From NCBI GenBank assembly GCA_012026655.1, contig JAAILG010002154.1, positions 1-57,462 on the forward strand: a stretch of 57,462 nucleotides of DNA, written 5' to 3'. Source of the DNA: Hydrolagus affinis. Its lineage: Eukaryota. Positions 1 through 12,622 of this stretch are shown one piece after another (the first letter of the stretch is position 1; each line of letters starts with the position of its first letter). The position numbers and the translations under genes are program-made. A model generated the notes under the pieces. The model did not search any database and was not told the origin of the DNA. It saw only the letters and a program-made list of their open reading frames with translations.

Positions 1-19
1 TTTTTTTTGCTGCTACTGA

Positions 20-570
20 GGGTGGGGAGAGAGGGGAGGGGAAGGAGCTGAGGGTGGGAGTGAGTGAGTGAGTGAGTGGGGAAGAGGGAGGGAGGGAGAG
101 AGGGAGAGGGAAGCCTCGGGGTTGGGTTGTGAGGAGAGACAGAGAGAGAGAGAGAGAGAGAGATAGTCGGAGAGGGGAGGGAAGGAGTGATAGAGTCGAG
201 GCCTTGGTGGGAGAGAGAAAAGAGAGCCAGAGACTGACTTGACTTGACTGACTGACTGACTGGGGAGGGAAGGGAGGAAGGAGAAAGTCTGGAGGGGAGG
301 CCCGGGTTGGAGGGAAAGGAGAGAGAAGGATCGGGGGGAGGGGGGGGGAGAGAGAGAGAGAGGGTGTGTGTGGGGGGAGGGGGGGAAGAGAGGGTGATCG
401 GAGAAATAGAGAGAAGGAGAAAAATAAGAGAGAGGAGGAGAGTGAGTGAGTGAGGAGTCTTGTCGAGTGAGGGCCTGGAGTTTGTTATTTTTAAGCTTCG
501 CAGTTGAGGCCTAGCGAAGGAAAGGCCTCCCGCCCGGGTGTGTGTGTGTCTGTGTGTGTGTGTGTGTGTG
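20..570. repeat. GA-rich low-complexity block with (GA)n, (GTGA)n, (GACT)n, (TG)n microsatellites
   Basis: Directly visible, e.g. gactgacttgacttgactgactgactgac 232-260 and (tg)n 538-570. Confidence 0.9.
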
Positions 571-1103
571 GTGGGGGACATTCTCTTCACGGTCGAATTA
601 AAAGAAATATATATATATTTTTTTTAAAAAGTCAAATGATATTTAATTGGGTGGGGAAAAAATAGATAACCATCTCCCCCTTCACACACACTCACACACA
701 CACAGAGAGAGAGAAACCCACCCACCGCAGAGACCAGAGACTTTTTGGCGCCACTTTTGTGTTTTTTCCATATGTATATATATATATATATTCACACACA
801 CACACACACTTAAACACTCTTATCTCCCAATTTTATTTATATATATTTAAAAAAAACGGCAACTTTCATTAAAATCTCCCATTTTTGGTCCCAATTTTTT
901 TTAAAAAAATCATTAACAAAAATTACAGTAGATAGATGGCTGTGTGTGTATATTTTTTAGTTAATCGGTCAAATGTTAAGATGGTTTTGTGGCGACGACG
1001 CTCTTCCTATTCGGGAGCCCAGCGTTTTGTGTGTTTTTTTAAACAAAAAACCCCACTTAAAATTCAAATTCACTTCCTTATCGGAAATATACATATATGT
1101 ACA

Positions 1104-1135
<32 letters not shown>

Positions 1136-1494
1136 ACATATTGGGTTAACGTCAAACGCTACGGTTTGTTGTTTCAAATCTGCAATCGAGAGCGTAAGGG
1201 GAGAGGCTGAGAGGAAGAGTGGTTGGGGTGAATTTTAACTCGTGTGTTTTTTGTTTTTAAAAAAAACAATGTTTGCGCTGTGCCCGTGTGTGTGTGTGTG
1301 TTTTTTCCAAGTAAACGTTGTGTGAGATGTTTTTCTCTCTTCCCTCTTCTCTTCATCCCCCCCCCCCCCCTCTCCCTCCACCTCTCTCTCTCTCTCTCTC
1401 AGGGAAGGGGAAATAATCCTCTTAAGGGAGTAAAGAATGGCTGTGATCATGTCCGGGTGGCTCCATGTGACAATGTTGTAAACACTCTTAAAGA

Positions 1495-1640
1495 GAGGGA
1501 GAGAGCGGGAGACACGAGAGGGGAGAGAGAGAGAGGGAGAGGGAGACAAGAGAAGGGGACAAGAGAGGGGAGAGAGAGAGGGAGACAAGAGGGGGAGACA
1601 AGAGAGGGGGAGACAAGAGAGGGGAGAGAGAGAGAGAAGC
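1495..1640. repeat. Purine-rich minisatellite, unit about gagacaagagagggg
   Basis: About five imperfect gacaagag-containing units. Confidence 0.8.
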
Positions 1641-3007
1641 TCATCTCCTTATAGATGTTGTTCCTTCCACCGGTTGGGAGTTTGTTTATTAATCCGGCAC
1701 AAACAAGACGCTTCTTGACACTTTTTACGTCGGGGTTTTAACCATCCCTGGGACCGTTTCTCTTGCCCACTTTACTGCAGAGGGAGTGGTGGGGGGTGGA
1801 ATACAATTCTTAGTAAACAAAATTTCTCTCTTCTCCCTCTCTGCGCCCTCCGCTATAAATCGCCCTGCAATTTCTTAACCACACCCTGTTTATGGCTAAT
1901 CTGCTACAGTAGTAGTTTGTGTGTGTGTGTGAGTTGAGTGCGTGGAAAGTACTGCAATTCCCAGAATTTGGTGGTAAATCGGCAGTTGTTTTTGTGTGTG
2001 GCGAAAACAAGAACTTGAAAAAAATATATATACATATAGAGAGAGAGAGAGAGTGTAAATGTGTTTTAAATTCGGGAGGCGTTTTGGGGGAAGAAAGCAC
2101 GTTCGCAGCGGATTTTGACTTTGAAATGTTTCACCAGCCCCCTGTGATCCAGTGTAATTTGACTTCCCTCCACCCCCCTCGAGTCCTGTGCGTGTATTAT
2201 TGCTCTGTGAATGTTCCCTCGCTGCCGCAATACACTCCTCAAGATGCGTGGCTGCTTTCATTTTGTTTTGAACTTTTGTCCCTAAGACTGTTGATATTCA
2301 GGGCTGCGCTCGTCGAGTGGTAATTAAGTCACCGTTTTTCATGCTTAGTTGTACGTTTTAACTTACCAGTGAGTATCTGGAGTGCACACGAGTATCTTTT
2401 TATTGTGGTTCAGTGGCTGAAGCACTCCAGAGGGGGAGTAAAATTAGATCCAAACTCCATATTACCAAACAAGTACAATAATACTCTTGCAATTTGAGAA
2501 CCTTCCGAGGCTTTGTCAATAGTTGTTGCTTAAGGTTGTCTTTGCCTGTTGGAGAGCACTTTTTGTAAATACATAAGTTAATTATGAATGCAAGCTAGAG
2601 ATTGAACACAAGGATGTCGAAACGTTGGTATTACGTCAGCACAGTGCATTAACTACATGCCCTGTTTAATGGTCCGCAGTTTTTGCTTTAAAATACCATT
2701 AAATCAGTTACACATATGCTAAACATTTTGCTTTCATTTAGAGCAGTTCAGTAAAATTGAACGGGTGCCTTGTATACATTTACAAAAAAAAAGTATCTTA
2801 AATGTTGATCTAAAGCACAAAGTGTGTTTGTGGTCTTTGTTTTTTCTCTCCTAGATTGTAATTATATTAAAGTGGAATAATCATCTTAAAATAAAATAAT
2901 CTTTCGGTGGATGTAATTGCAATCAATCCAAAAAGCTGGTTGAAAGCTGTTCACACTGGAAAAGAGAAGATTGTTTACGCTTGAAAAGAAGATTGAGAAG
3001 CGATATG

Positions 3008-3365
3008 ATTGTTGTCTTTTAAGATTCTAATGGGGTAAGACAATGTAGATCATGACAGGCTGTTTCAACTTGTCCAGAATAGTAGAACCAGAGGACATGG
3101 CCTGCGATTGAAGGGGGTAAATTCTAAATGAATCCATGCAAACACTGTTTCAGTGGGCGAATAATGAACCTGTGGAATGGGTTCCCGAGGGGGATAGTTG
3201 AAGCAGTAAATGTTGATTCTTTCAAACACTGATTAAATAGTTTTAGGAAATAACGTCCTAAACGGGATATAGTACATAGATAATTTGGGACATACGTGCA
3301 TGCGACTGCCTGGAAGGCGAACTAGATGGAGCTTGGTGTTTTTCGGTCTAGCAATTATTATGTTT
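3008..3365 (+). mobile_element. 5'-truncated CR1-type LINE, 3' end
   Basis: Decayed ORF2 C-terminus (DHDRLFQLVQNSRTRGHGLRLKG...NLWNG) followed by a 3' UTR-like tail. Confidence 0.8.
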
Positions 3366-6149
3366 TTTGGAAGTATGAATATGTTATTTAAAATATAAAT
3401 TTAGACTATTAAAGTTGTTATTGGTGTTTCTGAGCAGGTGCTTATTCTGTGCGATGTCAGCACCTTGCTCTGAAAGATGTTGCATGGACAATTGAACAGG
3501 AAGTTTTGCAGTGAGCCCCCAGCTTTCTTCCATGAAATATTCTTCATAATGTGTCAGTTGCCCAGTTGAAATTTAGGTTTCAGTGTTCGAAACGTGCTTG
3601 CAAGAGTACCATGTCGATGTTGGGTTATGGAATACAAGCAATTTTAATTTTTTTGTGTTTTTTAAAAAAGGAAATGGTCTTTAGGAAATCACTAAACTGT
3701 CTTGTGGTAAGTCCAGTTTTAGCAGGATTGACAGTGGCTCTAACAACAACCTACTGTGTCTAACCCCACTTGTTTTTGTTTAAGTCCAATTAAATCTTTT
3801 TGTTGGCATCTTTTCCTGTGGAAACCACAAATATTCTGTTTAAACTTTTGTCCCCATTTGAATGATAACGTCTGGATTTTTTTCCAGCTTTCACAGTGAT
3901 TTAATATATAGTACTCTACACAGTTTTTGCTGTCAACTGATCCCAGTCTGGAAATGCTGTGGCATTGGTTAGAATTATAGCCCTTCACCACTCCCAGTAA
4001 TCCATTTTCTCTAACTGTTTAAATGGTGGATTAATCTTGAAATAATCACAGATCTAAATTTAACTGCATTGTGTGAACTGAGAAGGAGAGGTTTATGCAT
4101 TTGGTTTCACTGCAACTTGGATTCCAATAGGTGCATTGTGACATGAGAAGGTATTGTTCTAAAAGTTGCAAACTGTGTGATGTAGTCATAATCGATTGTA
4201 ATTATTTAAATTTGTGTAAAGCTGAGATAAAGATGAGTGGTGGAAGCTTGGACTGATGCTTTGGTTATGAGTAGACAAACACAATTGACTCAAATTACCA
4301 AAGTGCACAATGTAAATGTAATGTAAGTTAGCTGCCTGTTTGCTGATGTAGTTTGAGTTGTATTTGATGCACTTGGCGGAGAAAAGATTTCTAGATTTTT
4401 TATTGTTTAGTTTCAAGCAAAAGGGGATAGTAAATGGAATTCCTTTTTTGTTCTTTGTCGTTCATACCATGTCGATATTGAGTTATGTTGGTGGCATCAA
4501 CTGAATCTTTTTTTAAAGTGAAATATTGAGGTTTAGCATTAAGTATCCGTCCACGGAAATGGTAGTTTCTGTACTACTGTTTGTATTGAAATTCAACTAC
4601 CGGTATTCACAGCCATATTCTATTTAACCTGTCACACATCATGTGTTCTAAATAAGTAATTTTAAATTTGGGTGCATCATACGCTATATTTTTATAGTGT
4701 TTATAATGTATTTAATCTTTAAGGTAGTAATATTCAGAATATGAAGGTTGTAAATGGGGATCTTGTATCTAAATAGAATGTATGTAATCAGCCTTGATGT
4801 CAGTAAAAGGCTTTGCTGTGTGGTGTAGAGCAGTGGGTGAGAAATTAGCAGGAGTTGATCTTTTGTACATCTTAAATTATGTTTTAACTGGGCAGGAATG
4901 TAATAACTCCTGAGTTAAATGTAGCATATTGTATGTTAGGATTACAGTTAACAACAACAATTTGCACTTATATACACTCCACACCAGGTACTGTCTCAGA
5001 GTGTGCTTAAGAGTTGGAGTTAATGTCGTCTAACACATTTTTTCCCCCATCCATATTTTCTTGAAAAGATACTTCTAGTTTTTATTTTTAAAATCAAACC
5101 ACAGGTTTTGAGCTGAATACCGTAACAGTCCTATAAAGCCTAAAAAGGAGTGTAAATCACCCTATGACTAGATAATATCACAGTGGGTGAACAAGAGAAC
5201 AGCTGTTGTAGGCCCCAGAGCTTTAGATATCAAAATTCACAGATTAGAAACTGCAGACTTGGAGATATTGTGATAAACATGGTCATTTTTGTGTTAGTTT
5301 GTTGCTTTATTTGTCAGCTCACAAAAGTTGGAAAATGAGAACTTCAATTTAGTCAGTGGGTGGAATTTCCAGCCTACCACCCACTTGCCACAAACAGTGG
5401 TCTATCGTTTAAGAGTAGGTGGCATCCAGACTTGCGAAGCTAGAAACAATTTAATCTATGAATAACTATCTGTTGAGAACTTTATCCACAGAGCACTAAG
5501 AACTACATGCAAGGTTTCCATCCTCTTCTGAAGGAACCATATACAGTAAAGTTCTATGTGTGCAAGGAGCTTTCAGAAACAATGTTTGGTGGTCATTCTA
5601 CACTTGTGAAGATAGATTGTGTCAAAAGACTTCCTATGATGCAATTTGATGATTTGCATCATGCATGTTATCAAGGTTTCAAAACTGGAAGCAACAATGT
5701 TGTATTCATCATTAAAATTTATCATTGTTGCTTACAGAAACATGAAATTGAGGACTGATCTGGGGTTTTGTGCTGTTTTCTTTCCATTGACATGTTTGAC
5801 ACATTCACTCTTTCAACTGACGACCATCCACTTCAATTCTGTGTGAACTTTTCTGTTTGCTTCTTGCGTGATCTGAATCAAGCTCTGAATTTTTAAGGTT
5901 TGAAACTGGTTGATCTGTGGTGCAATTGCTGATTCAGCAGTACTACAATTGGCTTCCAATAGGTATGTTCTCTGAAATGCTTTGAGATGTCTCACAAGCA
6001 AGAGTCCTGGGTTCTATTCCTGGCAGAGCGAAGTGTTAGGCAAGTTTCATTACTCAACATGCCTCTGTTTACTAGTAGTAAGTAGGAACCCAATTGTTTG
6101 TCGATTGGCGGATCATTTTTCCAGGTATAATCCCACAATAAATAATTTT

Positions 6150-6303
6150 GATTACTCAATCCACGACTGTTGTGGGACACTGCTGTGTGTAATTGGCTGC
6201 CGTGTTTTGCCCACAAATATACAGTCAATTCACTTTATATTGTATGGGATGCTTTGAGATGTCTAGAAGACTTGAAAAGTAACAAACTAAAGCAAGGATT
6301 ATT
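6150..6303 (+). mobile_element. Deu-domain (SacSINE1-like) SINE 3' part
   Basis: tgtgggacactgctgtg...aattggctgcc...gctttgagatgtctagaagac...gcaaggattatta; family repeated many times in the window. Confidence 0.7.
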
Positions 6304-8949
6304 ACACCAGGTTCAGGAAGAAACAAATTAGTCATGTTTTACTCACTCCAATTGTCGTCCAGTAATTCCTTCATCTTCAACTATATTATATGTGAGGACA
6401 TGGTTGGCTAAGCTATGATTGCTCCCTCAGGTGATTATGTTTCAGTTAATTGCTGGCAAATTCTAATTATTCAGAATAACACATGAAAACTGGCTATTTG
6501 GATAAGTTGCCTTAGTATATTTGGTGATGTTTTTAAGTATGTCAGTGCCTTCAAGTGACGGGGAAATTTTACAAAAGCAGACTCATTAGTTCAAGTAATG
6601 TCCAAACAACACTGAGATGGCAATCTGATGTTTCTCGCTTCTGGCAATAATTGCTTATACTTATCCATCGGCCGTGGGTTTTGCTTTCGAAGCTCCTGAA
6701 TATTGTTTGTATTGGTTTTGCAGTATATGAATGGAAGCTATTTGAATATCATGAATTTGCATTTGAAGACCCGAGTATAAGGGTAAAGCACTCGTAGGAA
6801 GTTACTGTTCTCAAATTTAATTTAGTTATATATGCAAATATATATACAGTATGCTGATGCTGTTTTACAACTTGCAATGAGGCATTTTTGAATTTCGGGT
6901 AACATCTCAACATAAAAAATGTGTGATTGATTGTCCTGCTTTGTGGTCATTCTTAATATGCTTGTGGAAGAAAACTTACGACTTTTTTCATCTATTCAAA
7001 AGTCTCACTGTAAAATGGAATTTGTATAGATCGTTTGCTCAGTGCAAGTTGCAAGCAGGGCTTCAATGCATCTGAATTTTAGGTGGAATAATTGTTTCAG
7101 ACATTGTTTCATCAGAAAGTAAAAGGAAACATTGAGATGTCTGACCAACACATAGCAGAATGTTTTTATCAATCAGATTTGCTTTATATTTGTATGCAAG
7201 ACTTGGTACAGTGCAGCATAGCCATTGTTCTTTAAAATGGAGCAGCTGTTTAAAAAAATTGTTAGAATAAAAATCTGTTGGATAGCATTTATGTATTTTA
7301 AGTCTAGATAGTTGCAATACTTTAACTCATGTGTGGTGTCTTGAAAATGTCTTGGTAATGCAGAACTGAATTAAATAATTTGTACAAGCCCACTGTGAGG
7401 GTGATTTTTTAAATTTGCTGACATTAATTAAAAAAATTATTATTTTAGATGGATTTTTATTAGGCGGTTAAATAAGGAAATTTGCTCTGCCTTGGAATTG
7501 ACTCCAGATCTCTCACTTGTAAGCAAGTGCTCTAACCACTGAGCTATAGGATTCCCACATTATCAGTGGGAAATAGGGTTAAGAACAAGGGGAAAAGTTG
7601 GCTGATAAATAATTTCAGTCCTGTAAGTGACCCCATCCCTGATCGTCTAAGGTTATTTTTAGTTTCCAAATTTAAATGCAGGACACATTTTGAACTCTTG
7701 TGTATACAAAGAATTTTGGCATGCACCGAAAATATTCATACAGAAATGTCTCAGATTCTGCTTTAAAACTGCAGAGTATTGTGGCTTGGCAGGTGAATGT
7801 AGCATTTGAACGAACATTTAATCACATACCTACTAAGTTGTCTCTGAGTTCAGGTCTGGGCAAATGGTGAGGCATTGTCCTCCATATGTCTAGGTTTGGA
7901 CAGAGACAAAAAATGGCGAGCATTCGCAATCTTGGCTCTCATGTAAAGAGCAAAGTCTTGGTGAAGAATCAGGAAGTTTTTCTGATGCCAATTGACACCA
8001 GTAACTAAAATTGAATAAGGATACTCAGAGCCACATAAGCATCAATTTTGTCCCATATATAATGATGAAAACGTAGATTGAGAAGGACTATAAAGGTACT
8101 GTGTATACAATTCCACAGTCTATCCAAGAATTGACTCGTTGGATAAAACATTATGTAACAATAGTCAAGTTTCTATGCTGACTTGAACCGTTAAATGGAC
8201 TTTGAGTACTGTATGCACAAATACTGTACATAATATTTTACAATTCTGTGAAACCATGGGCAGCAGCTTTGCACAGTGCTGCACCAAGGGTTGTACAACT
8301 AATTGGCAGGGAAAATATAGTACAGACTAATATTTTATACTACACATATTAAAGTGATTCTTTGATCTCTTGTCTGAAAACTTGAAAGCTTATGGAAACT
8401 TCTGCTTTGCAAGTCGACTGAATACAAAATGTCGCACTTATTGCAGCTGGAATATGTTTTTGCCAGTTGTGGTTTGGCATACCTTTGTCTACTTAGGCAA
8501 TCCATTTATATGTTAGTGATTATACATAAATCCATTGATAAGTATTGTATACAACCTTGTTAATTGTATTAGTTGTAGTTTGTATTCAGCATTTAAATTA
8601 ATATCTAAATTAAAACTTACTGGGAATTGATTGGAAAATATTTATTACATGCCAAATGTTTACACAGCATGAGCCCTTAAAAAGTGTTTAGGTTTATTTT
8701 CAAACTATTGTGTTATGCATAAATATGTCTTGCCTCTTATGTCTTGTTTTATGCATTGCTGTTTCATGCCCTATGTAATTTAGTCAATCTCCTGTAGATA
8801 TGAAAAATAATCCAGTTTTGGTATTTGCGTTGCAATTGAAACGTTAATGCAGCCCTTTTATGGAAAACGGAAATTGATATGTTGGAAAGTGTTTTTAATT
8901 TTTGGGGGGTCGGTTGTAATTCATATGTCTGACTGACGTGGATTGCAGT

Positions 8950-9190
8950 ACAACAACAACAACAACTTGGATTTATACAGTGCCCTCCATGCCGGGCGGC
9001 ATCTCAGAGTGCTTAAATACACAATACATAGTGATTTAACAACAACAACAAAATTGCATTTATAGAGCGCCTTTCACGTTGGGAGACATCCCAAGGCTCT
9101 GTTTAAACTCTTAAGTGATTTAAGTTTGCAGTTATTCAAGTACCATTTTTATGTGAAAGGCGCTATACAATTGTAATTTTGTTGTTGTTT
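8950..9190. mobile_element. Cluster of three L2-type 3' tails (two minus, one plus)
   Basis: (aac)n...atttatagagcgcctttcacg and gtgaaaggcgctata...(ttg)n. Confidence 0.65.
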
Positions 9191-9376
9191 GATGCCAGAA
9201 AATGTATATCCCACAGTATTACATTTACCGCTATATTCCCTGTTCTCCCTGGTTGGAGCGTGTGTGTTTGGTGATTTTGATAAAAAGGTGGTTGAATTGA
9301 CACTTTGTGTACTTGTGGATCGGAGGAGGGTTTCCTCAGGAGGAATATGATCCCGGAAAGAAGTACAGTATGTGTA

Positions 9377-10070
9377 CAGGTATCCCTCCCCAACCGCGAG
9401 GTTTATGTTCCTGCAAACCTTTGTGGTTGGTAAAATCGCGGTTGGAAAATGCAGGACCCTATGGCAAGTAAGTTCACATTTAGTAAAACTAAACACAAAA
9501 AAAGTACAGTTATAACATACCTGTACATGGGGATAGGGGGAGCAAGTTTGGGCCTATTGGCTGCCAGGATCTGCAGCAATCTGACAGTCAGGAGAGAGAG
9601 AGACGGAGGGTGGGTGGGGTATGTGAAACGGAGGACTGGGGGGCGGGGATGACACGGAGGACTGGGGGGCGGGGATGACACGGAGGACTGGGGGGGGCGG
9701 ACACGGAGGGCTGGGGGAGGGTGGAGTAAGTTTGGGAGCATTGGCTGCCAGGATCTGCAGATGCAGACAGAGAGAGAGAAATCAACGGAGAATTACCTTA
9801 ATCCTAAAAGAGAAATGGTGTCGCTAGATGATTGCAACACCACCCCTGGGTCCTAGTGCTATACGCTAGTTGTTCGCACATACACAGTACCTGTAATTCA
9901 CGAGTGCAGCTGGACCACATGGGGTAGTAAAGATGCTGATAGGCGGGAACCATGGATGAATACACATCAATACGCGGATGAATGTAGTCCCTTGTTCGGA
10001 GGAGTGAAACTTGAAAGTTTAAACCTTGGATGTAAATCGTGGACGCGCAAAACGCGAACTGGTGGAACAA
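9377..10070. mobile_element. Degenerate Tigger/pogo-like non-autonomous DNA element with internal repeats
   Basis: TA+caggtatccctccccaaccgcgagg...ttcctg left end resembles the 50580 MITE end; right end decayed. Confidence 0.5.
9628..9716. repeat. 26-bp G-rich tandem repeat acggaggactggggggcggggatgac
   Basis: Two exact copies (9628-9679) plus two degenerate ones. Confidence 0.9.
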
Positions 10071-10341
10071 TTTATTTTAGGTTAAAAATCTTTGTAGGCA
10101 CTTTGTATTTTGCATGATGTCCAGCTATCCACACTGTTTTTTTTATCTGCAAGGGTCCTGTCCCAGTGAATGAGGTGAGTGGCTTTAACTGCATTGTTAA
10201 GTGTTGAGGTGCACAAGAGAAGTTATAGAGATGGCATTTTTCCAGGTTTCTTTAACTAAATTTAAAAAAATTTGATATTGACCCCAAAAAGTTACATAGC
10301 TTGTCAACCAACAAGAGGAGAGCTACAATATTTGCATAGTT

Positions 10342-10450
10342 AATAAATAATAATATTGTTGCATTTGATATAGCGCCTTATCTTGTCTTTGAGATACCTC
10401 ATAGTGTTTCACATAATATATTGTAATGTGAATTGACTATTTTGTGGGTT
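10342..10450 (-). mobile_element. SacSINE1-like SINE tail
   Basis: (aat)n...gcatttgatatagcgcc...gtgaattgactattttgtggg. Confidence 0.65.
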
Positions 10451-12254
10451 AAAAGTCTTCATGAGAATTTTAATGACCATTTCTTGCATCTTTATGGAAT
10501 TAAAGCACAAAATTTTACTAAAATAGCTTTATTTTTCATCACTTAATTATTTTGTACAGAAGCATTTTCCTTGTGATAGGTCCATGCAGAATATCACATG
10601 GACAGTGTTTGTTGGTTGTTTTAACAAGTGAACTGATTGCATGACATGCAAGTAGCAGGCGTTTAAATTTCTTTCTCTGGTCAGTCTTCTCTGTGACCAG
10701 TATAATTACTTAATGATCTGTGAAGCTTTCCTGTGGGAAGCGTGGCTGAATTATTGATTTGTATCTTAAAAGCTGATCTGTCTGACTTTTCCAGAACCTT
10801 GGTTGAGAATAACTGACTGTATTAATGGGCAGTGATGATTGTGTCATTGCAAACGTGAACTTGGAGGAAATCTGAAGTCAGTGGGTTTTCCCTGGATGTG
10901 CCAGAGATGATGCCTGGTCTGATTTTTAACCAGTATCTTGATTTAAGTAAAGAATACATTGTTGAATCTCCTTGTCGTACACTATTATGTTTTTGTTCAA
11001 GTTACTTTACCGAGCTTGCAAAAGAAGAGCATAGGTGATGGCAGTGATGATAAAATTAGTGTAATGTGCTGTCTTGATTTCGTTGGCACACTGACCACAT
11101 GCAGATTGAAATGTAAATTCCACCGATGCTCTTAATGTTTAGAATTAGCTTAACTGATTTGGGGTAAATGGCAAAGTGTTTGTCATGAACAGCATCTTTG
11201 TAATTTTTTAATTTGCCAATAAAATATACAGTGAATCCATTTTACAATATATTTGATGAAGTGCTTTGAGATGTCACAACAACGTGATTAGGCGCTATAT
11301 CAAATGGAAGAATTATTATACCAATGCGTGTAATACTTATTGTATTGTTTTATGAACATGGGAATCTTGTTTCTAAATCTCGAAGAGTTTGATTTCTTGT
11401 AGTCAGCAAGTGCCTTTGTTTGAAGCATTCTGATGTATTGTTAAGATAACTATTTTGAGAATTATTTATGGTCCGGAGAGTTTAGTATGAAGTTGCTTGT
11501 TGAAAACGTGTGCATGTCATATAGTGTACCTGAATGTATTTGTATACCTGAACTTACTGATAGATCGCTTGATGTATTGTATATCATAGTTTTCTTACAG
11601 GATCAGAATCTGTGCTTTCCTTTTGGTATGATTCAGAGCTGGCAGATAGCAGTTATACTATGCACTAGGTACTGGAATAGGTCCAAGTAAAGAAGAGCTT
11701 GACTATTAAAGCTCAGGTTTCTGGCAGTGATGCTGGTTTCTGTGAGTTATTAAAGCACTGAATTGGCCAGATCTCTGGTAACATTAGATACTTTGAGGCC
11801 GATGGCTGATCTGGGGAAGTTAAACATTAAAGTTGAAAAATTAGATTTGTATCAGCTTCTGTCAGACCAATGCTATCTATACCATAGCAGTATTGAATAA
11901 ATTAGCTTATCCCCCTTCAAGTGGTCATCTCACACTGCTTATCTGAATCATTATGGTTCCAGCCTATTAAAATTGGTGTTGCACTATACAGTTTGCATCG
12001 ATTTTTAAATCAATGCAGACTATGTAGAATAATTGGGGCATTAGTAACTCAACCCAGTATTGTTGGCAGGTCCTAGGTGAAAACAATTACCATTTGTTGC
12101 AGTATTTGCAGATCTATTTGTTTAGCAAACTGAATGTTCTTTTGAATTTTTTTGTCAAATTTAAAAAGCCTTCTTAAGCGATAAATGACTCAACATTTTG
12201 GATTTGAGTGAAAAATGCAAATAGTGATCTTGCAAAATAACATGAATGTAGACT

Positions 12255-12375
12255 AATCAATCAATCAAAACTTACATTTATATAGCGCCTTTCACGTCGA
12301 GAGGATGTCCCAAGGAGCTGTACAGTTAGGTAGGGAAAAGAGCATGGTGGGAGAGGTCGGGGCAGGATGAAGAAC
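12255..12375 (-). mobile_element. L2-type 3' tail
   Basis: acatttatatagcgcctttcacgtcgagaggatgtcccaagg. Confidence 0.65.
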
Positions 12376-12420
12376 TCACTTTGGAGCAATTTGTCTTTAT
12401 GTAGCTTCAATCGAGAAATA

Positions 12421-12622
12421 CAGTAAAAGCCCGTTTATCTGGCATCTGATCAACTGTAACTTCCATATAACCGGTATCGCAAAATAAAAGGTCCGCATTC
12501 GATTAACCGGAATTAATCTGGAAAAAGCATTTTTATTTTTGTGGTTTCGGCCGAATATCCGGCATGCACTTTAATCGGCATTAGCCAGGTCCCGAGGGTG
12601 CCGGATAAACGGGCTTTTACTG
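12421..12622. mobile_element. 202-bp MITE, Tc1/mariner-pogo (Tigger-like)
   Basis: 24-bp TIR cagtaaaagcccgtttatctggca vs tgccggataaacgggcttttactg (1 mismatch); TA on the left, CA on the right. Confidence 0.88.

Larger units (their letters stand above)
1..2400 (+). promoter_or_regulatory. Probable STAG2 promoter / first-exon region
   Basis: Visibly more CpG than the downstream intron, purine-rich low complexity, candidate donors CGG|gtgtgt (~537) and CCA|gtgagt (2368); TSS cannot be placed. Confidence 0.45.

Noticed and set aside
647-2323. Several 100+ aa ORFs on both strands
   Set aside because: Translations of (GA)n/(CA)n/(TA)n low complexity; no protein family signal
6415-6435. ATG ATT GCT CCC (MIAP) resembling the STAG2 start MIAAP
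   Set aside because: No further similarity and wrong phase
9628-9716. Regular repeat considered as CRISPR-like
   Set aside because: Head-to-tail minisatellite with no unique spacers in a vertebrate intron
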